Below are positions 55,516 through 64,000 of a DNA stretch of 64,000 nt, piece after piece (the first letter of the stretch is position 1; every line of letters begins with the position of its first letter). The position numbers and the translations under genes were made by a program. A model generated the notes under the pieces. That model saw nothing but the letters and a program-made list of their open reading frames with translations. It made no database searches and was not told the origin of the DNA. The stretch comes from an uncultured Woeseiaceae bacterium (GTDB taxonomy: Bacteria > Pseudomonadota > Gammaproteobacteria > Steroidobacterales > Woeseiaceae). The stretch is taken from contig CAMYJB010000024.1 in NCBI GenBank assembly GCA_947258565.1, forward strand, positions 7,553-71,552, written 5' to 3'.

Positions 55516-57390
55516 ATGCTCAGAAACGCGCTCGCTTTGACGAGCCTTCTCGTTGTATCGATCGGCTGCGGGCCGCGCGGCGAGGAACAGCTACCTGCCG
55601 AACCCAGGGCTGCGGCGGATGCCGGGATCGAAGAGTCGGCGGATTCGCGCTTCGACCGGGCGCTGGACGACATGACGCGCGCATTTTTCTTTCACCACCC
55701 CGAGCTCGCTACGAAGTTCGGAGTATCCGAACTGGCAGTGCCGCGGACCGCACATCGCCTCATGAGCCGCTCGATCCCGGGGGAAACCGGGCGCCGCGAG
55801 GAACTCGGTGCCGCACTCGACAGGATGCAGGCCATTGACCCCGAGGAGCTGACGGGCGGCCGGTCGCGGACTCATGCCATCGTCACGACCCTGATGTCGG
55901 GCGCGCTGGCGCCAGCCGAGGTGGCCGAGTACGGCACCACGATCGACGGCTTCGGCTTCTGGTACCTGCCGTACACGATCAACCAGTTGTCCGGTCCCAC
56001 GGTCGATATTCCGAATTTTCTGAACAACCAGCAGCCGGTGACTAACCGCGAGGAGGCCGAGGCGTACCTGGTCCGGCTCGCGGCCGTTCAGGGCGCATTG
56101 GACGGGGCGCTCGAAAATGTTCGTGCGGCGGTGGCGAAGGGCGCGATCCCGCCGGATTTCGTGGTCGACAAGTCGCTGGCGGTTGTCGAATCGTTTGTCG
56201 GCGCGCCCCCGGCACAGAACGTCATTTACACGTCTTTCCTCGAGCGGCTCGACGCGGCTGGCGTCGAGGGCGCGGCGGCCTATGCCGAGCGTGCGCAGGC
56301 GATCATCGCAGGGCAGGTTATCCCGGCGTACCGGCGCATAGGAGACTACCTTGCTGAGATTCGGCCGTCGGCGCCGCACGACGCCGGCATCTGGCGGCTG
56401 CCGGAGGGCGAGGCGCTGTATGCCGCGATGGTCCGGCACATGACGGATTCCGAGCGATCGCCGGAGGAAGTCCACCAGATCGGTCTCGACGAGGTCGAGC
56501 GCATCACGGGCGAGATGGATGCAATCCTGCGTAGCGAGGGCTATACAAAAGGCTCTGTTGGCGAGCGCATGCAGCAGCTGAACGTGGAGGAGCGTTTCGT
56601 CTACCCGAACACAACGGAAGGGAAGGCGGCGCTCATTGCCGATGCACGTGCGCAGATCGACGGGATCAGCGAGGTGCTGCCGCAGTGGTTCGCAACGGTG
56701 CCGAAGTACCCGGTGGAAGTGCGCCCGGTGCCCGAATTCAGCCAGGCCTCGGCGCCGACCGGTTACTACAACCAGCCGGCGAAAGACGGCTCGAGGCCCG
56801 GCATCTACTGGCTCAACGTGCGCGACACGGCGATGCATCCCCGATTTGCGCTGCCCACACTGACCTACCACGAGGCCATACCCGGTCATCACCTGCATTT
56901 CTCGACCGCGGTCGAACAGGACAGCCCGCCCCTGGTCACGGCAATGTGGTCCAACGCGGCGGGCGAAGGCTGGGCGCTCTATTCCGAACAACTTGCGGCC
57001 GAGATGGGCATGTACGAGGACGATCCCTACGGCGATCTCGGCCGTCTTCAGGCCGAGCTGCACCGCGCCGTGCGCCTGGTCGTCGATACCGGCATGCACG
57101 CGAAAAAGTGGAGCCGCGAGCAGGCCATCGAGTACATGATTGCCGTCGAAGGCGTTGAGGAGGGTACTGCCGTCAGCGAGGTGGAGCGCTATGCGGTGTG
57201 GCCGGGCCAGGCGCTGGGTTACAAGCTGGGCATGCTCAAGATCCTCGAGCTGCGCGAGGAGGCGCAGCAAGAGCTTGGCGACGCATTCGACATACGCGCG
57301 TTCAACGACACGGTCCTGCACGTCGCCTCTACACCGTTACCGTATATCGAGGCGACGGTCCGCGACTGGATCCGGCAGGCCGATATGTGA
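55516..57390 (+). CDS. DUF885 family lipoprotein (putative metallopeptidase)
   Basis: Lipobox SIGC; DGSRPG, HEAIPGHH, EGWALYSE, RLVVDTGMH, EVERY..PGQALGYK. Confidence 0.92.
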   Translation: MLRNALALTSLLVVSIGCGPRGEEQLPAEPRAAADAGIEESADSRFDRALDDMTRAFFFHHPELATKFGVSELAVPRTAHRLMSRSIPGETGRREELGAALDRMQAIDPEELTGGRSRTHAIVTTLMSGALAPAEVAEYGTTIDGFGFWYLPYTINQLSGPTVDIPNFLNNQQPVTNREEAEAYLVRLAAVQGALDGALENVRAAVAKGAIPPDFVVDKSLAVVESFVGAPPAQNVIYTSFLERLDAAGVEGAAAYAERAQAIIAGQVIPAYRRIGDYLAEIRPSAPHDAGIWRLPEGEALYAAMVRHMTDSERSPEEVHQIGLDEVERITGEMDAILRSEGYTKGSVGERMQQLNVEERFVYPNTTEGKAALIADARAQIDGISEVLPQWFATVPKYPVEVRPVPEFSQASAPTGYYNQPAKDGSRPGIYWLNVRDTAMHPRFALPTLTYHEAIPGHHLHFSTAVEQDSPPLVTAMWSNAAGEGWALYSEQLAAEMGMYEDDPYGDLGRLQAELHRAVRLVVDTGMHAKKWSREQAIEYMIAVEGVEEGTAVSEVERYAVWPGQALGYKLGMLKILELREEAQQELGDAFDIRAFNDTVLHVASTPLPYIEATVRDWIRQADM

Positions 57391-57491
57391 CCTGTGATCC
57401 ACGACGTCCTCACCGATATCGTTCTGCGCTGATTGCCGCCCGATAGTGCCGCGCATGTAATAAGCGGCCGGAAGCGCCGGTCTGCTTGTGC

Positions 57492-58046
57492 ATGCGCTCA
57501 CGACTGGTTGTATTCATCATAGGATGGCTTATCGCTGCCGCGGCCACGGCCGCCGAGCAGCGGGTGGCGCCCGACTGGACGCTAACGACGCCTGACGGAG
57601 AGCCGGTCACGCTAAGCGATATTTCCGCAAGGCGGCCGGTGATCCTGCTGTTCTGGGCTACCTGGTGTCCGTACTGCAAGGCTCTCATGCCGCACCTGCA
57701 AAGCATCGACCTCGAATACGGCGATGAAATCGAGATTCTCGCAATCCACTTCCGCGACGACAAAGGGGATCCCGTCGGGTTTGTCCGCGACGCCGGTTAC
57801 GACTTCACGTTGCTGACGGACGGCAACCACGTTGCAAAGCTGAACGGCGTCTGGAGCACGCCGGGTGTGCTGGTCGTCGACAGGTACCGGAACATACGCT
57901 TCGATCTTTACGCCGTACCCCGGCGTGAGCTCCCGAACAGTAATGAGGAACCGGACCACCGCAGCAAAGCCGCCTACCGGGCCCCGTACTGGGCCGCCGA
58001 GATTCGCAAGAGCCTCGATGCCGTGTTGGGCGAGACGCCACGTTGA
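57492..58046 (+). CDS. TlpA-like thiol-disulfide oxidoreductase
   Basis: Signal peptide, APDWTL, FWATWCPYCK, cis-Pro STPG. Confidence 0.88.
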   Translation: MRSRLVVFIIGWLIAAAATAAEQRVAPDWTLTTPDGEPVTLSDISARRPVILLFWATWCPYCKALMPHLQSIDLEYGDEIEILAIHFRDDKGDPVGFVRDAGYDFTLLTDGNHVAKLNGVWSTPGVLVVDRYRNIRFDLYAVPRRELPNSNEEPDHRSKAAYRAPYWAAEIRKSLDAVLGETPR

Positions 58047-58138
58047 CGCATGTCACAATTACCCGCGCGCCGCACGGCTTGTAACGGCCGGCGTTGCCAG
58101 GAAACGCCATCGGGATACCTGCGAGAGTTGTTGACTCG

Positions 58139-59068
58139 CTACTGTTGCGTTGACAAAGCCGCGGCGATCTCCGCCGCCAGGCGCGCATTGTTGACGACGA
58201 GTTCGATATTGGCATCGAGACTTCGGCCCTCGGTGCGTTCGGCGATTCTCGCGAGCAGGAAGGGCGTCGTGTCCTTGCCGGTGACGCCCAGCTCTTCCAT
58301 ATCCGCGATCGCGTCAGCGATAACGGCGTCTATTTCGCCGCTGTCCAGCGCGTGGGCGTCAGGAATCGGGTTCGCAATGACCATCCCTCCGGATAGCCCC
58401 ATATCCCGTTTTGCCTGCAGGGCGGCGGCGATATCGGCCGGCGTATCCGCCCTGTAGTCCACGCGGAAGCTGCTGGACGCGCTAAAAAACGCGGGCAGGT
58501 CGTCGGTGCAATAGCCTACGACCGGTACGCCCTTCGTCTCGAGGTATTCCAGCGTGCGGCCAATGTCGAGCACAGACTTGACGCCCGCGCACACGACGGC
58601 AACGTCGGTCCTCGCGAGTTCCTCGAGGTCTGCGGAAATGTCCATCGTCTCGTTAACGCCCCGATGGACACCGCCGATGCCCCCGGTTGCAAACACACGG
58701 ATGCCCGCCATCGCCGCGACGATCATCGATGCGGCCACCGTGGTTGCACCGTCTTCGCCACGACTTACGACGAACGGAATGTCACGGCGGCTCGTCTTGA
58801 TGATCGCCTGACCGCGTTCGCCGAAACGGCGGATTTCATCGGTGGTCAGCCCGGCCTTGAGTCGACCACCAAGGATGGCGATCGTCGCCGGAACTGCTCC
58901 GCTGTCCCGCACCGTGCGTTCGACGCGAAGCGCCATCTCGACATTCTCGGGATGGGGCATGCCGTGACTGATTATGGTCGACTCGAGCGCGACGACTGGC
59001 TCCCCATCTCGAAGCGCGCGTGAGACCTCCGGGGCTATGTCCAGGTATCGGTTTGCGGACAGGGGCAT
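58139..59068 (-). CDS. psuG: Pseudouridine-5'-phosphate glycosidase
   Basis: VVALESTIISHGMP, ATTVA, FATGGIGGVHRG, DISADL.EL, KSVLDI..TLEYLET, GKDTTPFLL. Confidence 0.97.
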   Translation of the reverse strand: MPLSANRYLDIAPEVSRALRDGEPVVALESTIISHGMPHPENVEMALRVERTVRDSGAVPATIAILGGRLKAGLTTDEIRRFGERGQAIIKTSRRDIPFVVSRGEDGATTVAASMIVAAMAGIRVFATGGIGGVHRGVNETMDISADLEELARTDVAVVCAGVKSVLDIGRTLEYLETKGVPVVGYCTDDLPAFFSASSSFRVDYRADTPADIAAALQAKRDMGLSGGMVIANPIPDAHALDSGEIDAVIADAIADMEELGVTGKDTTPFLLARIAERTEGRSLDANIELVVNNARLAAEIAAALSTQQ

Positions 59069-59072
59069 TTCG

Positions 59073-60017
59073 CTAAAGTTTCAGCACCCGCTCGATCGCC
59101 GTCAACGAGAGCGCAGGGCTGCTGGGCGACCGGTCCGCGACAGTGACCTGCGCGGCAGCCCCGGCAAACTGCAAAGTGCCTTCCAGCGGCCAGTCCTGCA
59201 AACGCGCATAGATGAGCGCCGCAAGAAACGCGTCGCCGGCCCCGGTCGAACTCGTTACGTCGCCGCCGTCCTGCTCTAAGGTGACGTGGCCGCGATCTTT
59301 GCCGGTGCTGTAAAACAGCCCGTCATCGGCGCGTGTCAGGAACAAGCGCTGCACGCCCTGGGCGTGAAGCCAGTCCGCCATCCTGTCCAGGTCGGGCCCG
59401 GTCTTCGCCTCGAATCCCGTCAGCGCCTCCGCCTCCGCAGGGTTTGTCTTCAGCGTATGCAGGGTTCCGAGGTAGGGTTTCAGCCGCATCGCCTTGGCCG
59501 TGGATACCGTGTCGGCAAAGACGTCGTGCCGCGGAAACGTGTTGACGACCCAGGCCAACGCGTCATCCGGGAGATTGGCATCGACCACGAGCAATGACGA
59601 CTCGCCGATGGCGTTGCGCAGCGGCTCGAGCCGTGCCGCCGTCAACTGATCCATGATGTCCATGTCCGCGACCGCAACCTGCATATCGCCACATCGGTCC
59701 AGCACGGCAAGGTAGGTGGATGTGGGCGCAGATTCCAGTTCCTGCACGAAGCGCATGTCGATGCCGGCTTCACGCCCGTGAGTGAGCAGCATCTTGCCGT
59801 GCGGATCCTTGCCAACCGCCGTGACCAGCCGGCAATCGACACCGAGCCGGGAGAGGTTTTCGGCAATGTTGCGTGCGACGCCGCCGGGCGACACGTGCAC
59901 CGACCCCGGATTCGAATCCCGCAATCGCAGCGGCTGGTAGGCTGCGCCGTGAATATCGACGTTCGCACTACCTATGACGCATACACGTGGGGAAAGCCTG
60001 AAACTCATCCCGGCCAT
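59073..60017 (-). CDS. psuK: PfkB-family kinase, probable pseudouridine kinase
   Basis: DSNPG...GGVARNIAENL, TGAGDAF; directly upstream of psuG; start uncertain (60008, 60017 or 60050). Confidence 0.88.
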   Translation of the reverse strand: MAGMSFRLSPRVCVIGSANVDIHGAAYQPLRLRDSNPGSVHVSPGGVARNIAENLSRLGVDCRLVTAVGKDPHGKMLLTHGREAGIDMRFVQELESAPTSTYLAVLDRCGDMQVAVADMDIMDQLTAARLEPLRNAIGESSLLVVDANLPDDALAWVVNTFPRHDVFADTVSTAKAMRLKPYLGTLHTLKTNPAEAEALTGFEAKTGPDLDRMADWLHAQGVQRLFLTRADDGLFYSTGKDRGHVTLEQDGGDVTSSTGAGDAFLAALIYARLQDWPLEGTLQFAGAAAQVTVADRSPSSPALSLTAIERVLKL

Positions 60018-60091
60018 ACCTGTCGTCTCGGGGCGCACAGCATAACCCAATCCGACTCGATCTGAAGTGCCGTCTTATTGCACTGCAGCAT

Positions 60092-60118
60092 AAAAAAGCC
60101 CCTGCAGGGCAGGGGCTT
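60092..60118 (-). terminator. Intrinsic terminator
   Basis: AAGCCCCTGC...GCAGGGGCTT with a T6 run on the minus strand. Confidence 0.8.
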
Positions 60119-60140
60119 GCTGCACGAATTTGATCAATGT

Positions 60141-60593
60141 TCAGTCTTTGAACTTGAGTTCACGCAAGGTGTATGTGCTGCCAATCGTTCGCAGCTCGCC
60201 GCGGTCGATATTGGCCTCACGCATATCGTCGGTTGAACCCAGGATTTGCGTACCGAGGTTCTCGAAGTATTCCACTCCGCGGTCGAATGCCGCCCAGTTC
60301 TTGAACGTAACGGTCAGGAAAAGATCGGGCTCGCCTTCGCGCGGGTTCACGTTGCTGTACATGCCATAACGGATGATGTCGCCATCTTCCATCTGCGCAT
60401 CGAGGAATTTCCGCCAGACGTTGCTGAGGTCGTTGATGTACGCGTTGAACATGCCGTCCTTGGTGTGTACTTCAGTCACCTGCAAGACATAGCCCTGCTC
60501 CCAGCCGCGCGAGTGGTCCTGAGCGAAAACCGAGGTGCTGCCAAGCGATGCGAATATGATCAGTGACAGGACTGCAATAAGCTTGTTTTTCAT
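60141..60593 (-). CDS. Secreted hypothetical protein
   Basis: Signal peptide MKNKLIAVLSLIIFASLGSTSVFA|Q; GAGG RBS; followed by its own terminator. Confidence 0.8.
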   Translation of the reverse strand: MKNKLIAVLSLIIFASLGSTSVFAQDHSRGWEQGYVLQVTEVHTKDGMFNAYINDLSNVWRKFLDAQMEDGDIIRYGMYSNVNPREGEPDLFLTVTFKNWAAFDRGVEYFENLGTQILGSTDDMREANIDRGELRTIGSTYTLRELKFKD

Positions 60594-60724
60594 TAAGTTA
60601 ACCCTCTTTTCTCCAATAAGTATTATTAAGAAGTGCGGCCGCCCATTGTTGCTCGGGCGGCACGAGTATACGCAATTCAAATTGAATAGTTTCGAGTATT
60701 ACGATCTACCGGTCGGTCCGGTGC

Positions 60725-61186
60725 TCAGGCATTCTCGAGCAGGTTCTCGATGACGGATTCATCCTGGCCGACAACGTCCTTGTCGACGGATGCGTAAGGC
60801 TCCTCCCTGACCGCGGTCGCGAACTCCTGGCGCAGCAGGCCAAGGAATCGCGGCGCAGCAACCACCGCATAACCCCGGCAGGTGCCCTTGTGGGATTCCG
60901 CGGCAATCTTCTCGGCGATTTCTTTCGCAAAAGCTTTTGCAACCTGCTGCTGGGGAGCATCCCTGTCGCCCGCCATCGTGTGCCGGCCCTGGCCGTGGCT
61001 GTCGAAACTGCGGCCGCCGCGGTCGGAGATCAGTTCCCCGGTCTTCTTGCGGGCGGTCTCGTTGGTGAAGGTGCGCAGCTTGCGCAAGGGGCCCGTCATC
61101 GTATCGCGCGCGTAGATGATCGCGCGGTACTCATCCGCGACTACGACCAGGTAACGCTTATCATCGGCTGAAATGGGCGGTGTCAT
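60725..61186 (-). CDS. Host-attachment (AtsE-like) protein, bacterial aeRF1-like family
   Basis: VVVADEYRA.I, SDRGGRSFDS.G.GRH, FAKEIA, VAAPRFLGLLR, VDKD. Confidence 0.85.
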   Translation of the reverse strand: MTPPISADDKRYLVVVADEYRAIIYARDTMTGPLRKLRTFTNETARKKTGELISDRGGRSFDSHGQGRHTMAGDRDAPQQQVAKAFAKEIAEKIAAESHKGTCRGYAVVAAPRFLGLLRQEFATAVREEPYASVDKDVVGQDESVIENLLENA

Positions 61187-61322
61187 GGCGGCCTGCCAGC
61201 GTCATCTCGACATCTTCTTTATGTGCCAGGTTGCGTTCAATCGCAACGCGGGGATGTACGTATTGTGCCATCAGGCGCTGTCTTGCCAGTGTATGGGTGC
61301 GGAGGCTGCCCGGGAGATTCAA

Positions 61323-62714
61323 ATGGCGTTCGAGTTGCAGTTCTTTGGCGCAACGGAACGCGTAACCGGGTCGCTATACGTGCTGCGCGCCGGTCCGCAC
61401 ACGCTGTTGCTCGAATGCGGACTCGTGCAGGGTGGCCGGGAAGAGGAACTCCGCAATCGCGAAGCGTTCCCGGTCGACGTCGAGAAGATCGACGCCGTCG
61501 TCCTCAGCCACTCTCACATCGACCACTCCGGACGCATACCGCGTCTCGTAAAAGAGGGGTTCGAGGGGCCGATCTATACGCATGAAGCCAGCCGCGCCTT
61601 GTGTGCAATCATGCTGCCGGACTCCGGCTATCTGAACGAAAAGGAGGCCGAGTGGGAGAGCCGGAAACGGCAACAGAAGAACCTCTCGGCCATCGAGCCG
61701 CTCTACACCCAGGCGGATGCCGAAGCCTGTATAGGCCAGTTCGTGGGCCTGGAATATGAAACGCCACGAGAGATTCTGCCCGGACTGACTCTGACGCTTT
61801 ACGATGCGGGTCATATTCTCGGCGCATCCATGGTCGAGTTGACGTACACCGGGGACGCGCGAGCCCGCACGCTCGTTTTCAGCGGCGACCTCGGCTACCG
61901 TGACGCGCCACTGATGGACGCGTCCAAACGCCTGACCCGCGCCGACGCCGTGCTAATGGAGAGCACCTACGGCGATCGCCTGCACAGGCCCATCGGCGAA
62001 ACGATCGACGAATTGACCGAGGTCTTCGATTCGGCGCGGGCCGCACAGGGCAACGTGCTTATTCCCGCCTTCACGGTCGGGCGCACCCAGGATCTGCTGT
62101 ACCTGATGGCCGAGCACTTTGAGAGGTGGCGCCTCGACGACTGGACGATCTTCCTCGACAGCCCGATGGGCATCAAGGCAACCGACATCTACTCGCGTTA
62201 CCGCCACCTGTTCGCGGCAAAATTGTTCGAGCCGAGATCCGACAACCCGGAACTGCCCAATCTCTATGCAACCCGCACCGCCGAGGAATCGATGACGATC
62301 AACAAGATCGAGTCCGGCGCGATCATCATCGCGGGGAGCGGCATGTGCACGGGAGGCCGTATTCTCCACCACCTCAAGAACAATATATGGCGGCCGGAGT
62401 GCCACCTGGTGATCGTCGGTTACCAGGCGATCGGCACCCTCGGGCGACGGCTGGTGGACGGCGCAGAGGAAATACGGCTGTGGGGCGATACTTACCGCGT
62501 GCGGGCGACAATACATACGATCGGCGGGCTCTCGGCGCACGGTGACCAGGATGACCTCGTGGAGTGGTACGCGAGTTTTGCCGACAATCCACCGGTTTAT
62601 CTGGTGCACGGCGAGGAGCGTGGGCAGTTGCCCTTGCTGAAGCGATTACGCGATGAACTTGATGCACCCGCCGAGATCGCGCGTTACCAGCAGAAAATCG
62701 TGATCGGCGGGTGA
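61323..62714 (+). CDS. Metallo-beta-lactamase beta-CASP ribonuclease (Ysh1/RNase J-like)
   Basis: SHSHIDHSG, AGHILG, FSGDLG, MESTYG, SGMCTGGR, SAHGD, LVHGE. Confidence 0.93.
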   Translation: MAFELQFFGATERVTGSLYVLRAGPHTLLLECGLVQGGREEELRNREAFPVDVEKIDAVVLSHSHIDHSGRIPRLVKEGFEGPIYTHEASRALCAIMLPDSGYLNEKEAEWESRKRQQKNLSAIEPLYTQADAEACIGQFVGLEYETPREILPGLTLTLYDAGHILGASMVELTYTGDARARTLVFSGDLGYRDAPLMDASKRLTRADAVLMESTYGDRLHRPIGETIDELTEVFDSARAAQGNVLIPAFTVGRTQDLLYLMAEHFERWRLDDWTIFLDSPMGIKATDIYSRYRHLFAAKLFEPRSDNPELPNLYATRTAEESMTINKIESGAIIIAGSGMCTGGRILHHLKNNIWRPECHLVIVGYQAIGTLGRRLVDGAEEIRLWGDTYRVRATIHTIGGLSAHGDQDDLVEWYASFADNPPVYLVHGEERGQLPLLKRLRDELDAPAEIARYQQKIVIGG

Positions 62715-62717
62715 GGT

Positions 62718-63998
62718 TCACGCCCTCACGTTCCTGAAGTCGGACCAGGCCGTAGCGAACTGTTGCCTGCAGGTATCGATGCGCTCCGCTTCCACCTGCA
62801 TGAGTCGGGCCGCGGTGTTCAGCCATTCACGGCCGCTGGCGTCATTCGGCAGGGACGCCGAATAGTCTGCAAGATGTGCCTGTGCGGTAACCGCATCCTG
62901 GTGCTCGCCCAGAACGTCCTGGATTCGCTTAACCGCCTCCGTCGTGTCACGCCACTTATCGGCCTGCACGGTGCTGAAGAAGTCGAGCAGGTAGCGAAAA
63001 CGCTTCGTCTCGATACGCAGCTTATGCAGCTGTCTTGCCGGAGAGTCGGCTTCGATCGCGTCACCATGCGCCAGGAGCTTGTTCAGTGCCGCATGGATGA
63101 GTTGATCGGCGCTGGCCGCGATGCTGAGCTTGCCGAATTGCTCTTGCATGTCGCCGGGTGGCCCGGCCGCAATGAATTGCGCCAGGTCGTCCTCGAGCAT
63201 CGCGCAGCGTTCACTTTCCAGCACATCGGCGAGGTGTTCGTAGGCAGTGATCGTCTGCTGCCTGAGGAAATGCACGTAGTGGTCTGTGTCACCTGCCTGG
63301 GATTCCCTGGCGCCCCGTTCGGTAACGTCCGCATCCCGCGCGCGGCCGAGGTTCTGCGCCAGCCAGCGCAGCTCGGCGTTGAAGTGGGCGACTACAGCGT
63401 CGCCAAGAACGTTGCGAAACGCCTTCAGGATCGTTCGCAATCGCCGGCTCGCGACGCGCATCTTGTGGACGCCTTCCGGATCGATACCTTCCAATGCGCG
63501 CGGGTGCTGTCGTCGGATAATCTGCGATTGCTCTGCAAAGTATTGGTACAGGAGCGTCAGCACCGGGTCATCTTCAACGAGAGTTGTTGCCTGTGGCTGC
63601 TCGAGTATCGAATCGATTTCCAGCCCGGCAGCCTGCAGTCCGCGTTCGAACTTGCTGTACTTCGCCGGCATCAGTCCGGCTTCGTCGCGCAGCAACGTCG
63701 AAATGGTGTCGAGGTCGGCCGTGTCGCCGGATACAAGCTCCAGCTCCAGTTCCGTGAAGTCGAGGATCCCCGTCGCCTTCTCGGTTCTCTTCTCCGCTTC
63801 AATGCGCGATCGATCCAGGTCGAGTTCGATTTGCACCGGTTCAGGGCCGGTCCCGGCAATCTCGTACACCGTTCTCTCGCTCGTAACGCGGAACAGCTCT
63901 GCGACCGGCATGTGGCCGACAATGCCAGCGAGCCCGTCACGCACATGTCCCAACGGCAGAGAGAACGAGAGCTCTGCGTCCTCATCCGGAATGGGCTG
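62718..63998 (-). CDS. CYTH plus CHAD domain protein, 5' end beyond the window
   Basis: ELELEL...SKFERG (CYTH); EGVHKMRVASRRLR, LGRARDADV, LHKLRI..KR.RY, QDVLGEHQD (CHAD); frame open to the window edge. Confidence 0.9.
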   Translation of the reverse strand, partial: QPIPDEDAELSFSLPLGHVRDGLAGIVGHMPVAELFRVTSERTVYEIAGTGPEPVQIELDLDRSRIEAEKRTEKATGILDFTELELELVSGDTADLDTISTLLRDEAGLMPAKYSKFERGLQAAGLEIDSILEQPQATTLVEDDPVLTLLYQYFAEQSQIIRRQHPRALEGIDPEGVHKMRVASRRLRTILKAFRNVLGDAVVAHFNAELRWLAQNLGRARDADVTERGARESQAGDTDHYVHFLRQQTITAYEHLADVLESERCAMLEDDLAQFIAAGPPGDMQEQFGKLSIAASADQLIHAALNKLLAHGDAIEADSPARQLHKLRIETKRFRYLLDFFSTVQADKWRDTTEAVKRIQDVLGEHQDAVTAQAHLADYSASLPNDASGREWLNTAARLMQVEAERIDTCRQQFATAWSDFRNVRA

Positions 63999-64000
63999 GC

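Overview
A GC-rich, gene-dense chromosomal window from a Gammaproteobacterium. A marine Woeseiaceae/Steroidobacterales-like organism is my tentative guess, not a demonstrated assignment. I see no integrase, transposase, phage genes, CRISPR array or rRNA. In order, the window holds: (1) a methylated-amine catabolic operon of about 10.8 kb, with a BBOX/TmpA-like Fe/2OG dioxygenase, an HD-domain diiron-type protein, a dimethylglycine dehydrogenase-like GcvT flavoprotein, GFA, soxBDAG and a GlxA/GbdR-type regulator; (2) usp, an XRE regulator, csaA and an MFS transporter; (3) nadQ divergent from nadA-nadB with two operator boxes, a monofunctional proline dehydrogenase, and tRNA-Pro(CGG) followed by a 152-bp hairpin-rich element ending in a copy of the tRNA 3' end; (4) the ispB / rplU-rpmA-obgE / rpsT / murJ-ribF-lspA core block, which lacks proB, ileS, fkpB and ispH and carries two type IV minor-pilin/PilY1 clusters, the second with a pilE that has lost exactly its prepilin N-terminal helix; (5) an Irr-like Fur regulator, tRNA-Thr(CGT), then accessory genes including a sigma54-driven Ig/FN3 lipoprotein, a signal-peptide-bearing NADP oxidoreductase, a TonB receptor, patatin, an M20 amidohydrolase plus YbdK ligase opposite nrtR, DUF885, psuKG, a beta-CASP nuclease and a CYTH-CHAD protein. 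The best candidates for undescribed biology are the BBOX-like plus non-PhnZ HD oxygenase pair feeding the DMG/sarcosine pathway, and the dual pilus-tip system with one disabled pilE. All family assignments come from motif recognition by eye; no database searches were run.
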